64,000 nt of DNA from NCBI RefSeq assembly GCF_009914755.1, contig NC_060928.1; one strand, written 5' to 3'. Below, one piece after another: positions 25,318 through 42,890 of this stretch (the first letter of the stretch is position 1; every line of letters starts with the position of its first letter). Source of the DNA: the human T2T-CHM13v2.0 reference genome, Homo sapiens. A model generated the notes under the pieces. It worked only from the letters and a program-made list of their open reading frames with translations. It had not been told where the DNA came from and made no database searches. Made by a program: the position numbers and the translations under genes.

Positions 25318-26877
25318 TAAAAAAATCAACTCCAAAGAAATTAAAGACTTAAATGTAAGACCTGACATTGTGAAACTACTAGAAGAAAACAGGAAAAAGT
25401 CTTCTTGACATAGGTCTAGGCAATGATGTTTTGAGTATGACTTCCAAAGCACAGGCAACAAAAGTAAACAAGTGGGACTACATCAAATTAAACAGCTTCT
25501 TCCCAGCAAGGAAAGAATCAACTCAGTGAAGAGTCAACCTATGGAATAGAAGAAAGCATTTGCAAATCACTTATTTAATAAAAAGTTGACATTTAAAATG
25601 TAAAAAGAACTCAACTCAATAGCCAGAAAACAATCTGAGTTAAAAAAAAGGGGCAAATGATATAGATACATATTTCTTAGAAGAAGAAATAGACTGTCCA
25701 AAAGGTATATGAAAAGTATTTGAACATGAATAATCACTGGAAAAATACAAGTTAGAAACCATATATTTGGCATGGATTAATATCCAAAATATATAAGAAA
25801 CTCATTCAGCTTTATCAAAGGAAAATAAATAACTCCAATTTAAAAATGAGAAAAGGACCTGAATAGAACTTTCTGCAAAGAAGACACACAAATTGCCAAC
25901 ACATATATGAAAAGGTGTTCAATATCACTAATCCTCAAGAAAATGCAAAGCAAAATCACAATGAGATATCATCTCACACTTGTTAGAATGGCTAGTATGT
26001 AAATGATAAGGTATAACAAATGTTGGCAAGGACATGGAGAAAAGAGAACCCTAATACACTGTTGGTAGGAAGGTAAATTGGTGCAGTCATTATGGAAAAT
26101 GGTATGAGGGTTCCTCAAAAATTAAAAACAGAAATACCGCGTTATCCAGCAATCCCACTTCTGGGTATACATACAAAAAAAATCAGTATGTTGAACGGAT
26201 ATCTACACTCCCATGTTCATTGCAGCATTTTTCACAATAGGCAAGATATGGAAACAGCCAAAGTGTTCACTGATAGATGAAAGGAAAAAGAAAATGTGGT
26301 ATATATATAAGGCAGGATCAGAAAAACAAATACTGCATCATCTCACTATGGAATCCAAAAAGTTGAACTAATAGAAGCAGAGAGTAGAGAGGGGATTGCC
26401 AGGTTTTGTATGGGGTGTGGGAGAATGGGAAGGTTTGGTAAAAGGATAGACAGTTTCAGTCAGAGAGGATGAATAAGTTCTGGAAATCCATTGTGCAGCA
26501 TGGTGACTATAGTTAATGGTATTGTATTGTATACTTGAAAATTGCTAAGAGAGTAGATCTTAAATGTTTTCACCACATACACACACACACACACAACTAT
26601 GTGAGATGATAGATGCATTAATTAGCTTCATAGTGGTAGTCATTTCTCTCTCTCTATATATATATCAAAATATCACATTGTACATTTTAATATATATAAT
26701 TTTTATTTGTCAGTTATATGTCAGTGAAACTGGGAAAACAAAGAAACAAAAATTTTCCTTTGTACTTCTAGGTTTGTGAAATTTGGTGAATGAGTGTGCA
26801 GTTATGGAGACAATATTGAAGACATTAAGTAGTATTTCTGCAACTTCTCTTGCTATAAAACATCACAGGAGGAGGTT

Positions 26878-26892
26878 CCAAGATGGCCGAAT
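26878..26892 (+). promoter_or_regulatory. YY1 site of the L1 internal promoter
   Basis: caagatggccg at the canonical position. Confidence 0.75.
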
Positions 26893-27880
26893 AGGAGTAG
26901 CTCCAGTCTACAGCTCCCAGCATGAGCAACGCAGAAGATGGGTGATTTCTGTCTTTCCAACTGAGGTACAAGGTTCATCTCACTGGGGCTTGTTGGACAG
27001 TGGATGCAGCCCATGAAGTGTGAGGCAAAGTAGGGCGGGTCATTGCCTCACCTGGGAAGCACAGGGAGTCAGGGAATTCCCTTTCCTAGCCAATGGAAGC
27101 CATGACAGACGGTACCTGGAAAATCGGGACACTCCCACCCTAATACTGCACTTTTCCAGTGGTCTTAGCAAATGGCACACCGGGAGACTATATCCCACGT
27201 CTGGTTCAGAGGGTCCCACACCCATGGAGCCTCACTTACTGCTAGCAGAGCAGTCTGAGATCGAACTGCAAGGTGGCAGTGAGGCTGGGGGAATGGGTCT
27301 GCCATTGCTGAGGCTTGAGTAGGTAAACAAAGCGGCAAGGAAGCTTGAACCGGGTGGAGCCCACCGCAGCTCAAGGAGGCCTGCCTGCTTCTGTAGACTC
27401 CACCTCTGGGAGCAGGGTATAGCCAAATAAAAGGCAGCAGAATCTTCTGCAGATTTAAACGTCCCTGTCCGACAGCTTTGAAGAGAGTAGTGGTTCTCCC
27501 AGCATGGAGTTTGAGATTGGAGAACAGACAGACTGCCTCCTCAAGTGGGTCCCTGACCCCTGAGTAGCTTAACTGGGAGACACCTCCCAGTAGGGGCTGA
27601 CTGACACCTCATACAGCCAGGTGCCCCTCTGAGACGAAGTTTCCAGAGGAAGAATCAGGCAGCAACATTTGCTGTTCTGCAATATTTGCTGTTCTGCAGC
27701 CTCTGCTGGTGATACCCAGGCAAGCAGGATCTGGAGTGGCCCTCCAGCAAATTCCAACAGATTTGCAGCTGAGGGTCCTGACTGTTAGAAGGAAAACTAA
27801 CAAAAAAGAAAGGACATCCACACCAAAACCCCATCTGTACATCACTATCATCAAAGACCAAAAGTAGATAAAGCACAAAG

Positions 27881-28910
27881 ATGGGGAGAAACCAGAGCAG
27901 AAAAGTTGAAAATTCCAAAAATCAGAGCTCCTCTTCTCCTCCAAAGGAATGCAGCTCCTCACCAGCAATGGAACAAAGCTGGATGGAGAATGACTTTGAT
28001 GAGTTGAGAGAAGAAGGCTTCATATGATTGGTAATAACAAACTCCTCCAACCTAAAGGAGGATTTTGAACCTATCACAAAGAAGCTAAAAACCTTGAAAA
28101 AAGATTAGACAAATGGCTAACTAGAATAAACAGTGTAAAGAAGACCTTAAATGACCTTAAATGGAGCTGAAAATCATGGCATGAGAACTAGGTGACGCAT
28201 GCACAAGCTTCAGTAGCCAATTTGATCAAGTGGAAGAAAGGGTATCAGTGATTGAAGATCAAATGAATGAAATGAAGTGAGAAGAGAAGTTTAGAGAAAA
28301 AAAAAGAGTAAAAGGAAATGAACAAAGCCTCCAAAAAATATGGGACTATGTGAAAAGACCAAATCTATGTCTGAGTGGTGTACCTGAAAGTGATGGGGAG
28401 AATGGAACCAAGTTGGAAAACACTGTTCAGGATGTTATCCAGGAGAACTTCCTCAACCTATCAAAGCAGGCCAACATTCAAATTCAGGAAATACAGAGAA
28501 CCCCACAAAGATACTCCTTGAGAAGAGCAACTCCAAGACACATAATTGTCAGATTCACCAAAGTTGAAATGAAGGAAAAAATGTTAAGGGCAGCCAGAGA
28601 GAAAGGTCAGGTTACCCACAAAGGGAAGCCCATCATACTAACAGTGGATCTCTCAGCAGAAACTCTACAAGCCAGAAGAGAGTGGGGGCCAATATTCAAC
28701 ATTCTTAAAGAAAAGAATTTTCAAACCAGAATTTACTATCCAGCCAAACTAAGATTCATAAGTGAAGGAGAAATAAAATCCTTTACAGACAAACAAATGC
28801 TGAGAGATTTTGTCACCACCAGGCTGACCTTACAAGAGCTCCTGAAGGAAGCACTAAACATGGAAAGGAACAACCGGTACCAGCCACTGCAAAAACATGC
28901 CAAATTGTAA
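27881..28910 (+). pseudogene. L1 ORF1p (disrupted)
   Basis: atggggagaaaccagagcag start; open C-terminal part KRPNL...REKG...YYPAKL...QKHAKL*; stops and frameshifts upstream. Confidence 0.92.
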
Positions 28911-28973
28911 AGACCATCAAGGCTAGGAAGAAACTGCATCAACTAATGAGCAAAATAACCAGCTAACATCATA

Positions 28974-32825
<3,852 letters not shown>

Positions 32826-33164
32826 ACAATGAGAACACTTGGACACAGGGTGGGGAATATCACACACTGGGGCCTGTCATGGGGTGGGGGAAAGGGGGAG
32901 GGATAGCATTAGGAGATATACCTAATGTAAATGTTGGGTTAATGGGTGCAGCACACCAACATGGCACATGTATACATATGTAACAAACCTGCTCGTTGTG
33001 CCCATGTACCCTAGAACTTTAAGTAGAATTTAAAAAACATTTAGAAACAAACAAACAAAAATCATAGTATTCTACTCAGAGCAGTTCCTTAGTAGGTTTT
33101 GTGATTTTGTCCCCCAGAACTCAGTATGGATGATGTGGTAAGAATTGATATTTTCTGAGGGTGT

Positions 33165-33612
33165 TTTTATTAGTTTCTTAGGGCTACCATAACAAAGTGC
33201 CACAAACTGAGTGGCTTAAAACAACAGAAATGTTAGTATCTCACAGTTCTGGGGGCTACAAGTCTGGAATTAAGTGATTGGTAGATTCAATCTCCCTCTG
33301 GAACCTGTAGGGCAGACCTTCTTTCTTCTTCCTAGCTTCTGCTGTTTTGCTTCAATCTTTAGTGTATTTTGGTTTACAGGTGATTAACTCCAATTTGTGC
33401 CTCCATCTTCACATGGTGTTCTCCCTTTATATCTTCATGCCTTTACATTGCTGTCTTCTTATAAAGATAGCAGCCATAGTGGATTAGGGGCCCAACCTAC
33501 TCCAGTATGACCTCATCTTAATGAATTGCATCTGCAATTATCCTCTTGCCAAATAAGTTTGCCTTCTTAGGTACTGGAGAGCTGGGACTTCAACGTATCT
33601 TTTCAGTGCAAA
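33165..33612 (-). mobile_element. MLT1C/D-like MaLR LTR
   Basis: tattagtttcttagggctaccataacaaagtgccacaaactgagtggcttaaaacaacagaaat. Confidence 0.8.
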
Positions 33613-33644
33613 CTTTCATTTATAACTGTGAGTCATTAAGCAAA

Positions 33645-36200
33645 GAACAGATTCTAGTACCAACTCATCATTAGCTGTGTAATTAGCATTAACACCCGAT
33701 ATGGTTTGGCCCTGTTTCCCCACACAAATCTCTTCTTGTAGCTCTCATAATTCCCATGTGTGGTGCGAGGGACCTGGTGGGAGATGATTGAATCATGGGG
33801 GTGGGTCTTTCCCATGCTGTTCTTGTCATAGTGAATGGGTCTCATGAAATCTGATGGTTTTCAAAAATGGGAGTTTCCATATAAAAGCTCTCTTTGCTGG
33901 CTGCCATCCATGTAAGATGTGACTTGCTCCTCCTTGCCTTCTGCCATGATTGTGAGGCCTCTCCGGCCATGTGGAACTGTAAGTCCAGTGAAACCTCTTT
34001 TTTTTTTTCTGTAAATTGACCAGTCTCTGGTATGTCTTTATCAGCAGCCTGAAAATGGACTAATATAGTAAATTGGTACCAGGAGTGAGGTGCTGCTGGA
34101 AAGATACCTGAAAATGTGGAAGGGACTTTGCAACTGGGTAACAGGCAGAGGCTGAAGCAGTTTGGAGGACTCAGAAGAAGACAGGAAAATGTGGGTAAGT
34201 TTGAAACTTCCTAGAGACTTGTTTAATGGCCTTGGTCAAAATGTTGATGGTGATATGGACAATAAAGTCCAGGCTGATGTGGTCTCAGATGGAAATGAGG
34301 AACTTACTGGGAACTGGAGCAAAAGTGACTCTTGTTATGTTTTAGTAAAGAGACTGGTGGCATTTTGCCCCTGCCTTAGATATTTGTGGAACTTTGAACT
34401 GGAAAGAGATGATTTAGGGCATCTGGCAGAAGAAATTTCTAAGCAGCAAAGCATTTAAGATGTGACTTGGGTGCTGTTAAAGGCATTCAGTTTTATAAGG
34501 GAAGCAGAACATAAAAGTTTGAAAAATTTGCAGCCTGACAATGTGATAGAAAAGAAAATCCCATTTTCTGAGCACAAATTCAAGCTGGCTATGGAAATTT
34601 GCATAAGTAAGACAAGACAATGCAGAAATACCCAAGACAATGCAGAAATATAATATAAATATAGGTATAAATAATATAATATATATTTAAATAGTATAAA
34701 AATATTAAAATAAATAAATATATATGTATAAAATATATAAATAATATAAATCCCCAAGACAACGGAGAAAATGTCTCCAGGGCATGTCAGAGGTCTTCAT
34801 GGCAGCCCCTTCCATCATAGGCCTGGAGGACTAGGAGAAAAATTTGGTTTTGTGGGCCAGACTCAGGGTCCCTGTGCTGTGTGCAGCCTTGGGACTTGGT
34901 GCCCTGCGTCCCAGCCACTCCAGCCATGGCTGGAAGGGGCCAATGTAGAGCTTATACTGTGGCTTCAGAGGGTGAAAGCCTCAAGTCTTGGTAGCTTCAA
35001 CATGGTGTTGAGCCTGCAAGTGCACAGAAGTCAAGAATTGAAGTTTGGAAACCTTGGCCTAGATTTCAGAGAATGTACGGAAATGCCTGGATCTCCAGGC
35101 AGAAGTTTGCTGCAAGGGCAGGGCTCTCATACAGAACCTATGCTAAGGCAGTGCGGAAGGGAAATGTGGGGTCAGAGCCCCCACAGAGTCCCTACTGGGG
35201 CAGTGCCTAGTGGAGCTGTGAGAAGAGGGCCACTATCCTCCAGAGACAGAATGGTAGATCCACTGATAGCTTGCGCTATGCACCTGGAGAAGCCACAGAT
35301 ATTCAATGCCAGCCCATGAAAGCAGCTGGGAGGGAGGTTGTATCCTGCAAAGGCACAGGGGCAGAGCTGTCCAAGACCATGGGAACCCATCTGTTGCATC
35401 AGTGTGACCTGGATGTGAGACATGGAGTCAAAGGAGATCATTTTGGAACGCTAAGGTTGAACTGACCCACTGGATTTTGGACTTGCGTGGGGCCTGTAGC
35501 CCCTTTGTTTTGGCCAATTTCTCCCATTTGGAATGGCTGTATTTACCCAATGCCTGTAATCCCATGGTATTTATAGGAAGTAACTAACTTGCTTTTGATT
35601 TTACAGGCTCATAGGTGAAAGGGACTTGCCTTGTCTTGGATGAGACTTTGGACTGTGGACTTTTGAGTTAATGCTGAAATGAGTTGGGACTTTCGGGGAC
35701 TGTTGGGAAAGCATGATTGGTTTTGAATTGTGAAGATATAAGATTTGGGAGGGGCCAGGGTGGAATGATATGGTTTGGTTCTGTGTCCCCACGCAAATCT
35801 CATCTTTTAGCTGCCATAATTCCCACACGTTGTGGGAGAGACGTGGTGGGGATGATTGAATCATGGGGGCAGGTCTTTTCCGTGCTGTTCTCATGATAGT
35901 GAATGGGTCTCATGAGATCTGATGGTTTTTAAAAATGGGAATTTTCATACACAAGCTCTCTTTGCCTGCTGCCATCCATGTAAAACCTGACTTGCTCCTC
36001 CTTGCCTCCTGCCATGATTGTGAGACATCCCCAGTCATGTGGAACTGTAAGTCTAATTAAATCTCTTTCTTTTGTAAGTTGCCCAGTCTTGGATATATCT
36101 TTATCAGCAGCATTAAAATGGACTAATATACACCTCTCCTGACTTTAGTTTCCTCATCTATAAAATGTGGGGGTTGGAAAATTTACTTCTAAGGGCCTCT
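33645..36200 (+). mobile_element. MIR interrupted by THE1
   Basis: ttctagtaccaactc...tagctgtgt before the THE1 and ctctcctgactttagtttcctcatctataaaatg...ctaagggcctctt after it. Confidence 0.6.
33697..36070 (+). mobile_element. Complete THE1 (THE1B/C-like) MaLR: LTR 33697-34067, internal region, LTR 35766-36070
   Basis: Two direct LTRs; internal start gtaaattggtacc; polypurine tract ggaggggccagggtggaa; cacc on both flanks. Confidence 0.93.
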
Positions 36201-37044
36201 TCTAATAACTTGAGAATGATAACCATGACCTCTTGTCACATACCTGGGGCCCATGAACATTTCTGTTAGGACAGGGTATGGCTCATGAGGATAGAAATGA
36301 TGAAACACCTTCCTTTCTCCCAAGTCCCAATCTCCTTCTTTAGTTAGTTGCTAGGTTTTGAGAATCCTCAGGATCTGCAATTTTATTTATTGCAGAGTGC
36401 CATGATGCAACAAAGAAAAAGGCATAAGAATGGAAGATCTGATACATAAACAAGACACAACAGATGTAAAGAAAAAAACCAACAAAAGTGACTGAAGCTC
36501 CAATAGGTTAACAGTGATTGACTTTACTACTGGCAGAAAAACTTCCTGGGCTGGCAAGAATTGAGACAAGCTGCAAGCACTGACAGAAACTGTCATTTTA
36601 GACTACCACCCTCTCCCCTAAGCCAGCATAATGTCATTCACAAAGAATTTCCCTAGACATACAGTTTCTGAGGTGAGAAGAGGGAATTGGAGGTTAACGT
36701 TCAGTCTCCATACCAGTCTTGGAATCTTGTGAGAAATCCCATTCTGGTCCTATCTCACAGGAACCCTGGAAAGTGCCAGGAGAGACTAAAAACTTGGGGT
36801 GAATTGAGGATAAAGAGCAGAGTTCTGATCACAGCTATTGGCACAGGAATCTTAATAGCTACTCAGTACTTTGATCAGTGAGGATGCCATATAGAAGAGA
36901 CTAGCTGGTGTCATAGCACTTCAGGTAGCACAATTCATGGGAAAGTCCAAATCCCTAGCCATATTTTTCAGAAAGCTTTTCCACAAAGCACTCCCAGGTG
37001 CTTGTGTGGAGCCTTCTTTTGACTTGGAAAGAACTAAATGGTCA

Positions 37045-37339
37045 GGCTGTGCACAGTGGCTCACGCCTGTAACCCCAACACTTTGGGAGGCTGAGGTAAG
37101 CTGATAATTTGAGGTCAGGAGTTCAAGATCACCCTGGCCAACATGGTGAAACACCATCTCTACTGAAAATACAAAAATTAGCTAGAGATCCTGCACACCT
37201 GTAATCTCAGTCACTTGGGAGGCTGAGGCAGGAGTATCGCTTGAACCCAGGAGACAGAAGTTTCAGTGAGCCAAGATTGTGCCTCTGTACTCCAGTTTGG
37301 GTGAAAGAGTGAGACTCTGTCTCAAAAAGAAAAAAAAAG
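37045..37339 (+). mobile_element. AluS
   Basis: Alu body; TSD gaactaaa(t/g)ggtca at 37031-37044 and 37340-37353. Confidence 0.93.
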
Positions 37340-37833
37340 GAACTAAAGGGTCAGGATTAAGTTTTGGTGCTCACTTAAGTTTTTCCAAACCAGAGAACAA
37401 TGCAGGGTAGCTATATAGGTCTGAGGCAATGGGCGAGATTTCAGGGCTCACTATAAGTCTTTCCCAGACCAGAAAGCAATGGCAGGGCAGAGATTTAGTT
37501 CCAGAGTAGTGTTTAAGTTCAGGTGTTTACTACAAGTTATCCCCACAATAGGAAGCACTAACAAGCTGGTGTTTAAGTTTTGATACTGAGGAGTAAAGGT
37601 CTAACACTACCAAAGAACATATGCAAATAATGGAAGAGGTGGCCCAAATGTGTGAGCATCAATGTAAAGATAAAAATAATTGTAAAAACTCAGAGAAATA
37701 TGATACCGCCAAAAGAAATCAACAAAGCTCCAGCAATAGATCAAGAATAATTGAAGATCTAGAAAATATTTCAAAAAGAATGAATAACAATCCCCTTAAG
37801 GAAGTTCAGGGAATCACAAGAAAATAGAAATAG

Positions 37834-38169
<336 letters not shown>

Positions 38170-39266
38170 ACAAAGTGAGAAATTTTAAAAATCAAAACAA
38201 AACAATTAAAAAAATAGAAATCCTAGAAGTAAAGAGCACAATAACTGAACTGAAAAACTAATTGGAAAGCTTCAACGGGAGAACTGAATAAACAGAGGGA
38301 AGACTTAGAAATCTTGAAGGCAGTACATATGAAATTACACAGAGGAGTAAAATAAAAAAGTAATAAAAAGTGATGAAGGCCTGTGAAAATTATGGGACAC
38401 CAACAAGCAATCAAATCTTCATATAATATAATTTCCTGAAAGAGATGAGAAGGAAAAGTCCATGAAAGCATGTTAAACTATTGTCTGAAACTTTCCTAAA
38501 TCTGGAGAAAGATGACAGTTTTCAGGTACTGGAAGCTCAAAGGTCATCAATAAAATTCAGCCCAAAGAGGAATTCCCCAATGCCTATTATAATCAAATTA
38601 GAAAAAAATCAAGGACAAAGAAAAAAATACTCAAAGCAGCAAGAGAAAAAAATATTACACTCAATGGAGCCCCAATATATGTATTAGTAATTTTTTCAGC
38701 AGGAGCCTTCCTGGGCAGGAGAGAGTGAGATGCTATACTCAAAGTGCTGAAAGAAAAAATCTGCCAAGCAAGAATACTTTACACAGCAAAACAACTCTTC
38801 AAACATGAAGGAGAAATAAAGACTTTCCCAGACAAACAAATGATGAGGGAATTCATCAGAATTTCAGATCAGATTTATCTTGTAAGAAATGCTAAAAAGA
38901 TGTCTTCAACTGGAAAGAACTAGATGCTAATGTGTAACCAGAAAAATGTCCACAAGTAGAAAACTCACTGTTTGAAGAAAACAGACAAATCAGTAAAATC
39001 AATAAAATACTGTCATTGGGGTAAGTAAACCACTTATATCTTCATTGTGAAGACTGCAAGATGAAACTATTAAAAACAATAACTATGACAATTGATTAAT
39101 AGACCCGCAATATAAAAAGTTTTAAATGAAAACATTAAAAAGTCAAAATGTGGGAGGAGAATGGTGTTACAGTGTTGTTTGTTTTTGTTACTTTTCTTTT
39201 TTTGTGATCAAAGTGAAGTTGTTATCAGTTTATAATAACCTGCTATAACTATAAAACTGTAAGATG

Positions 39267-39585
<319 letters not shown>

Positions 39586-41209
39586 AAAACTGTAAGATGT
39601 TTTCTGTAACCACAAAACAAAAATTTATAATTGACACACTAACAATAAATGGCATGGAATCAAAACATATTACTAACAGAAATCACTTAATCACAAAGGA
39701 AGATAGTAAGAGAGGAAAAAAGAAGAAAGAATCTACAAAACAACCAGAAAACAGGTAACACAATGGGAGTAATATTCTCTTATCTATCAGTAATAATCCT
39801 GAATGTAAATGAATTTAATTCCCCAATTAAAAAACAGAGTGACTAAATGTATAAAAAAGGCAATGACACAAATATATATACTGTCTAAAATAAACTCACT
39901 TCACCTATAAAGACTCTTACAGACTGAAAGGGAAGGGATGGAAAAAGATATTCCATGCAAATGGAAACCAAAAAAGAGAAGGAGTAGCTATACTGTGTAA
40001 GATAGAGTATACTTTAAGTCAGAATGGTAAATAAAAGACAAAGAAGGTCATTATATCATGATAAAGGAGTCAAAACAGCAAGAGAATATAAAACTTGTGA
40101 ATATATATGTACCCAACACTGGAGCACCCAAATATATAACAAATATTAAGACTGCAATACAATAATAGCAGGAGGCTTCAACACCTTATTTTTGCAATGG
40201 ACAGCCCATCCAGATAGAAAATTAAGAAAGGAACATCAGAGTTAAACTGCACTCTAGACCAAGTGGACCTAACAGACATTTACAGAATATTCAATTCAAT
40301 TCTTAATAGCACATGGAGCATTCTCCAGAATAGTCTATATGTTAGGTCAAAAACAAGTCTTAATAAACTGACAAAAAGTAGAAATCATATCAAGTATTTC
40401 TGACCACAATAGAATGAAACTAAAAATCAGTAACAGAAAGAATATTGGAAAGTATTCAAGTATACGTAAATAAAACAACAGACTTCTGAATAACAAATTG
40501 GCCAATGAAGAAATTGAAAAGGAAGTTAAAAAATTTCTTGGGACAAATGAAAATGGAAACACAACATAGCAGAATCTATGAGATACAGCAAAAGCAATGC
40601 TAAGAGGGAAGTTTAAAGCATTAAACACCTATGTGAAAAAAGTTGAAAGACTTCAAATAAACGATGTAATGACTCACATCAAGGAACTAGAAGTACAAAA
40701 AATAGCCCAACCCAAAATTAGTGGAAAGAAAGAAATAATAAAGATAAGAGAAGAAATAAAGAAAATGGAGATTTAAAAAAGTACAAAAGATCAACCAAAC
40801 AAAAAATTGTTTTCTTGAAAAGATAAACAAAATCGACAAACTTTTAGGTAGACTAACAAAAAAAGAGAAAATCCAAATAAATAAAATCAGAGATAAAAAA
40901 AGAGTCATTACAACTGATATCACAGGAATTCAAAGAATCATTAGAGACTATTGTGAATACCAACAAATTGGAAAACCTAGAAGAAATAGATATATTCATG
41001 AACCCATGAAACCTATCAAGATTGAACCATGAAGAAACAGAAGAGGTGAAAAACAAGTAACAAGACTGAGTCTGTAATAAGTCTCCAATTAAAAAAAAAA
41101 GACCCAGTCATGATGGCTTAACTGCTGAATTCTACCAAACACTTAAAGAAGAACAAGTACCAAGTCTTCTTAAATTATTCCAAAAAAACTGAAGAGAAGG
41201 TAATACTTA

Positions 41210-41646
41210 TGCTATAGTATGGGTATTTGTGCCTTCAAACTCATGTTGAAATTTGATCCCCAACATTAAAGATGGGGCCTAAGGGAAAGTAGTTGGGTCT
41301 TGGAGTTAGATCCCTTATGAATTGCTTGGTGCTGTCCTTGGGGTAATGAGTGAATTCTTGGTTTATTAGTTCCCATGAGAGTTCCTCCAACAGTTGATCC
41401 TTAAAAGGGGCCTGTAACCTTCCTTCCTTTCTTGCTTTCTCTCTCTTGTCATTGATCTCTGCACATGCTCCCTGTGCTTGCCTTCCACCATGTGTGGAGG
41501 CAGCCTGAAGCCCTCACCAGAAGTAGATGCTGGTACCATGCTCCTTGTACGGTCTGCAGAACCATCAGCCGAATGAACTTCTTTTTCTGTATAAATTACC
41601 TAGCCTCAGGTTTTCCTTTATAACAGCACAAAAATGAACTAAGATG
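41210..41646 (+). mobile_element. MSTB/MSTC-like MaLR solo LTR
   Basis: tgctatag...aaactcatgttgaaatttgatcccc ... gaactaagatg; TSD actta/acttc. Confidence 0.8.
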
Positions 41647-42576
41647 ACTTCCAAACTTATTCTAAGAGGGCAGCATTACCCTAATACCCAAACCAGGACA
41701 GAACACAACAACAACAAAACCCTACAGACTAATATCTCTGAAGAACATATTATTGTTAAAATGTCCATACTACCCAAAGCTACCTACAGATTCAATGCAA
41801 TCTCTATCAAAACACCAAGGACATTCTTTATGGAAATGGAAAAAAAAGTCTCAACATTTGTATTGAATCACAGAAGACCCTGAATAGCCATAGCAGTCCT
41901 GAGCAAAGAGAACAAAGCTGGAGGAATCACACTACCTCACTTCGAATATACTACAAAACTACAGTAATCAAAACAGCATGCTACTGGTATAAAAACTGAC
42001 ATATGGACCAATGAAATCAAAATAAATTCACACATCTACAGTGAACTTATTTTTAACAAAGGTTACAAGAACCCACACTGGGGAAAGGATAGTCTTTTCA
42101 ATAAATTGTGATGAGAAAACTGGATATCCACATGCGGAAGAATGAAACTAGATCTCTACCATTCACCATATATAGAAATTAAATAAAATGGATTAAAGAC
42201 TAAAATATAAGACCTAAAACTATGAATCTGCTAGAAAAAACCTGGGGAAATACTTCGGGATATTGGTCTGGGCAAAGATTTTTTTTTGTTTTAAAAACAA
42301 GACCTAAAAAGCACAGGCAACAAAAGGAAAAATTGACAAATGGGATTTCATCAATCTAAAAGCTTCAGCACAGCAAAGTGAGAAATTAACAGAATGTAGA
42401 CAACCTACAAAATGGGAGAAAATATTTGCAAACTATTCATCTGACAAAGGACTAATAATCAGAATACATAAGGAACACAAATGACTCAATAGGAAAAATA
42501 AACAAATAATCCAATTAAAAAATAGGCAAATGATCTGAACAGACATTTCCCAAAAGAAGATAAACAAATGACTAAC

Positions 42577-42578
<2 letters not shown>

Positions 42579-42610
<32 letters not shown>

Positions 42611-42890
42611 TTGAGTCAGAGTTTCACTCTGTTACCCAGGCTGGAGTAGTGCCATCCTGGATCACTGCAGTCTCAAGCTCCCGGGCCCAAGTGATTCTCC
42701 CACCTCAACCTTCTAAGTAGCTGGGACCATGGGTGCATACCACCATGCTTGGCTAATTTTTAAATATTCTGTAGAGACTGGGACTCACTATGTTGCCTAG
42801 GCTGGTCTCAAACTGCTGGGCTCAAGTGATCTTCCCATTTTGGCTTCCCAAAGTGCTGGAATTACAGGAGTGAGCCAATGTGGCCAACCC
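42579..42890 (-). mobile_element. AluJ-like with (CA)n tail
   Basis: (TG)n then gagtcagagtttcactctg...; TSD-like aacaggtgtgtg/aaaaggtgtatg. Confidence 0.88.

Larger units (their letters stand above)
21675..26750 (+). mobile_element. Old L1 (L1MA-like), internally deleted, with nested MST, L1PA and Alus
   Basis: Repetitive 5'UTR relic 21680-22100, ORF1 relic to ~23218, ORF2 relics ([11 protein letters not shown]; FPDDMI), L1MA-type 3' end ~26450-26745. Confidence 0.8.

Noticed and set aside
24769-25461. 230-aa minus-strand ORF
   Set aside because: Antisense read-through of L1 and Alu sequence with typical Alu-derived peptides
34771-35319. 182-aa ORF as a host gene
   Set aside because: Lies wholly within the THE1 internal sequence
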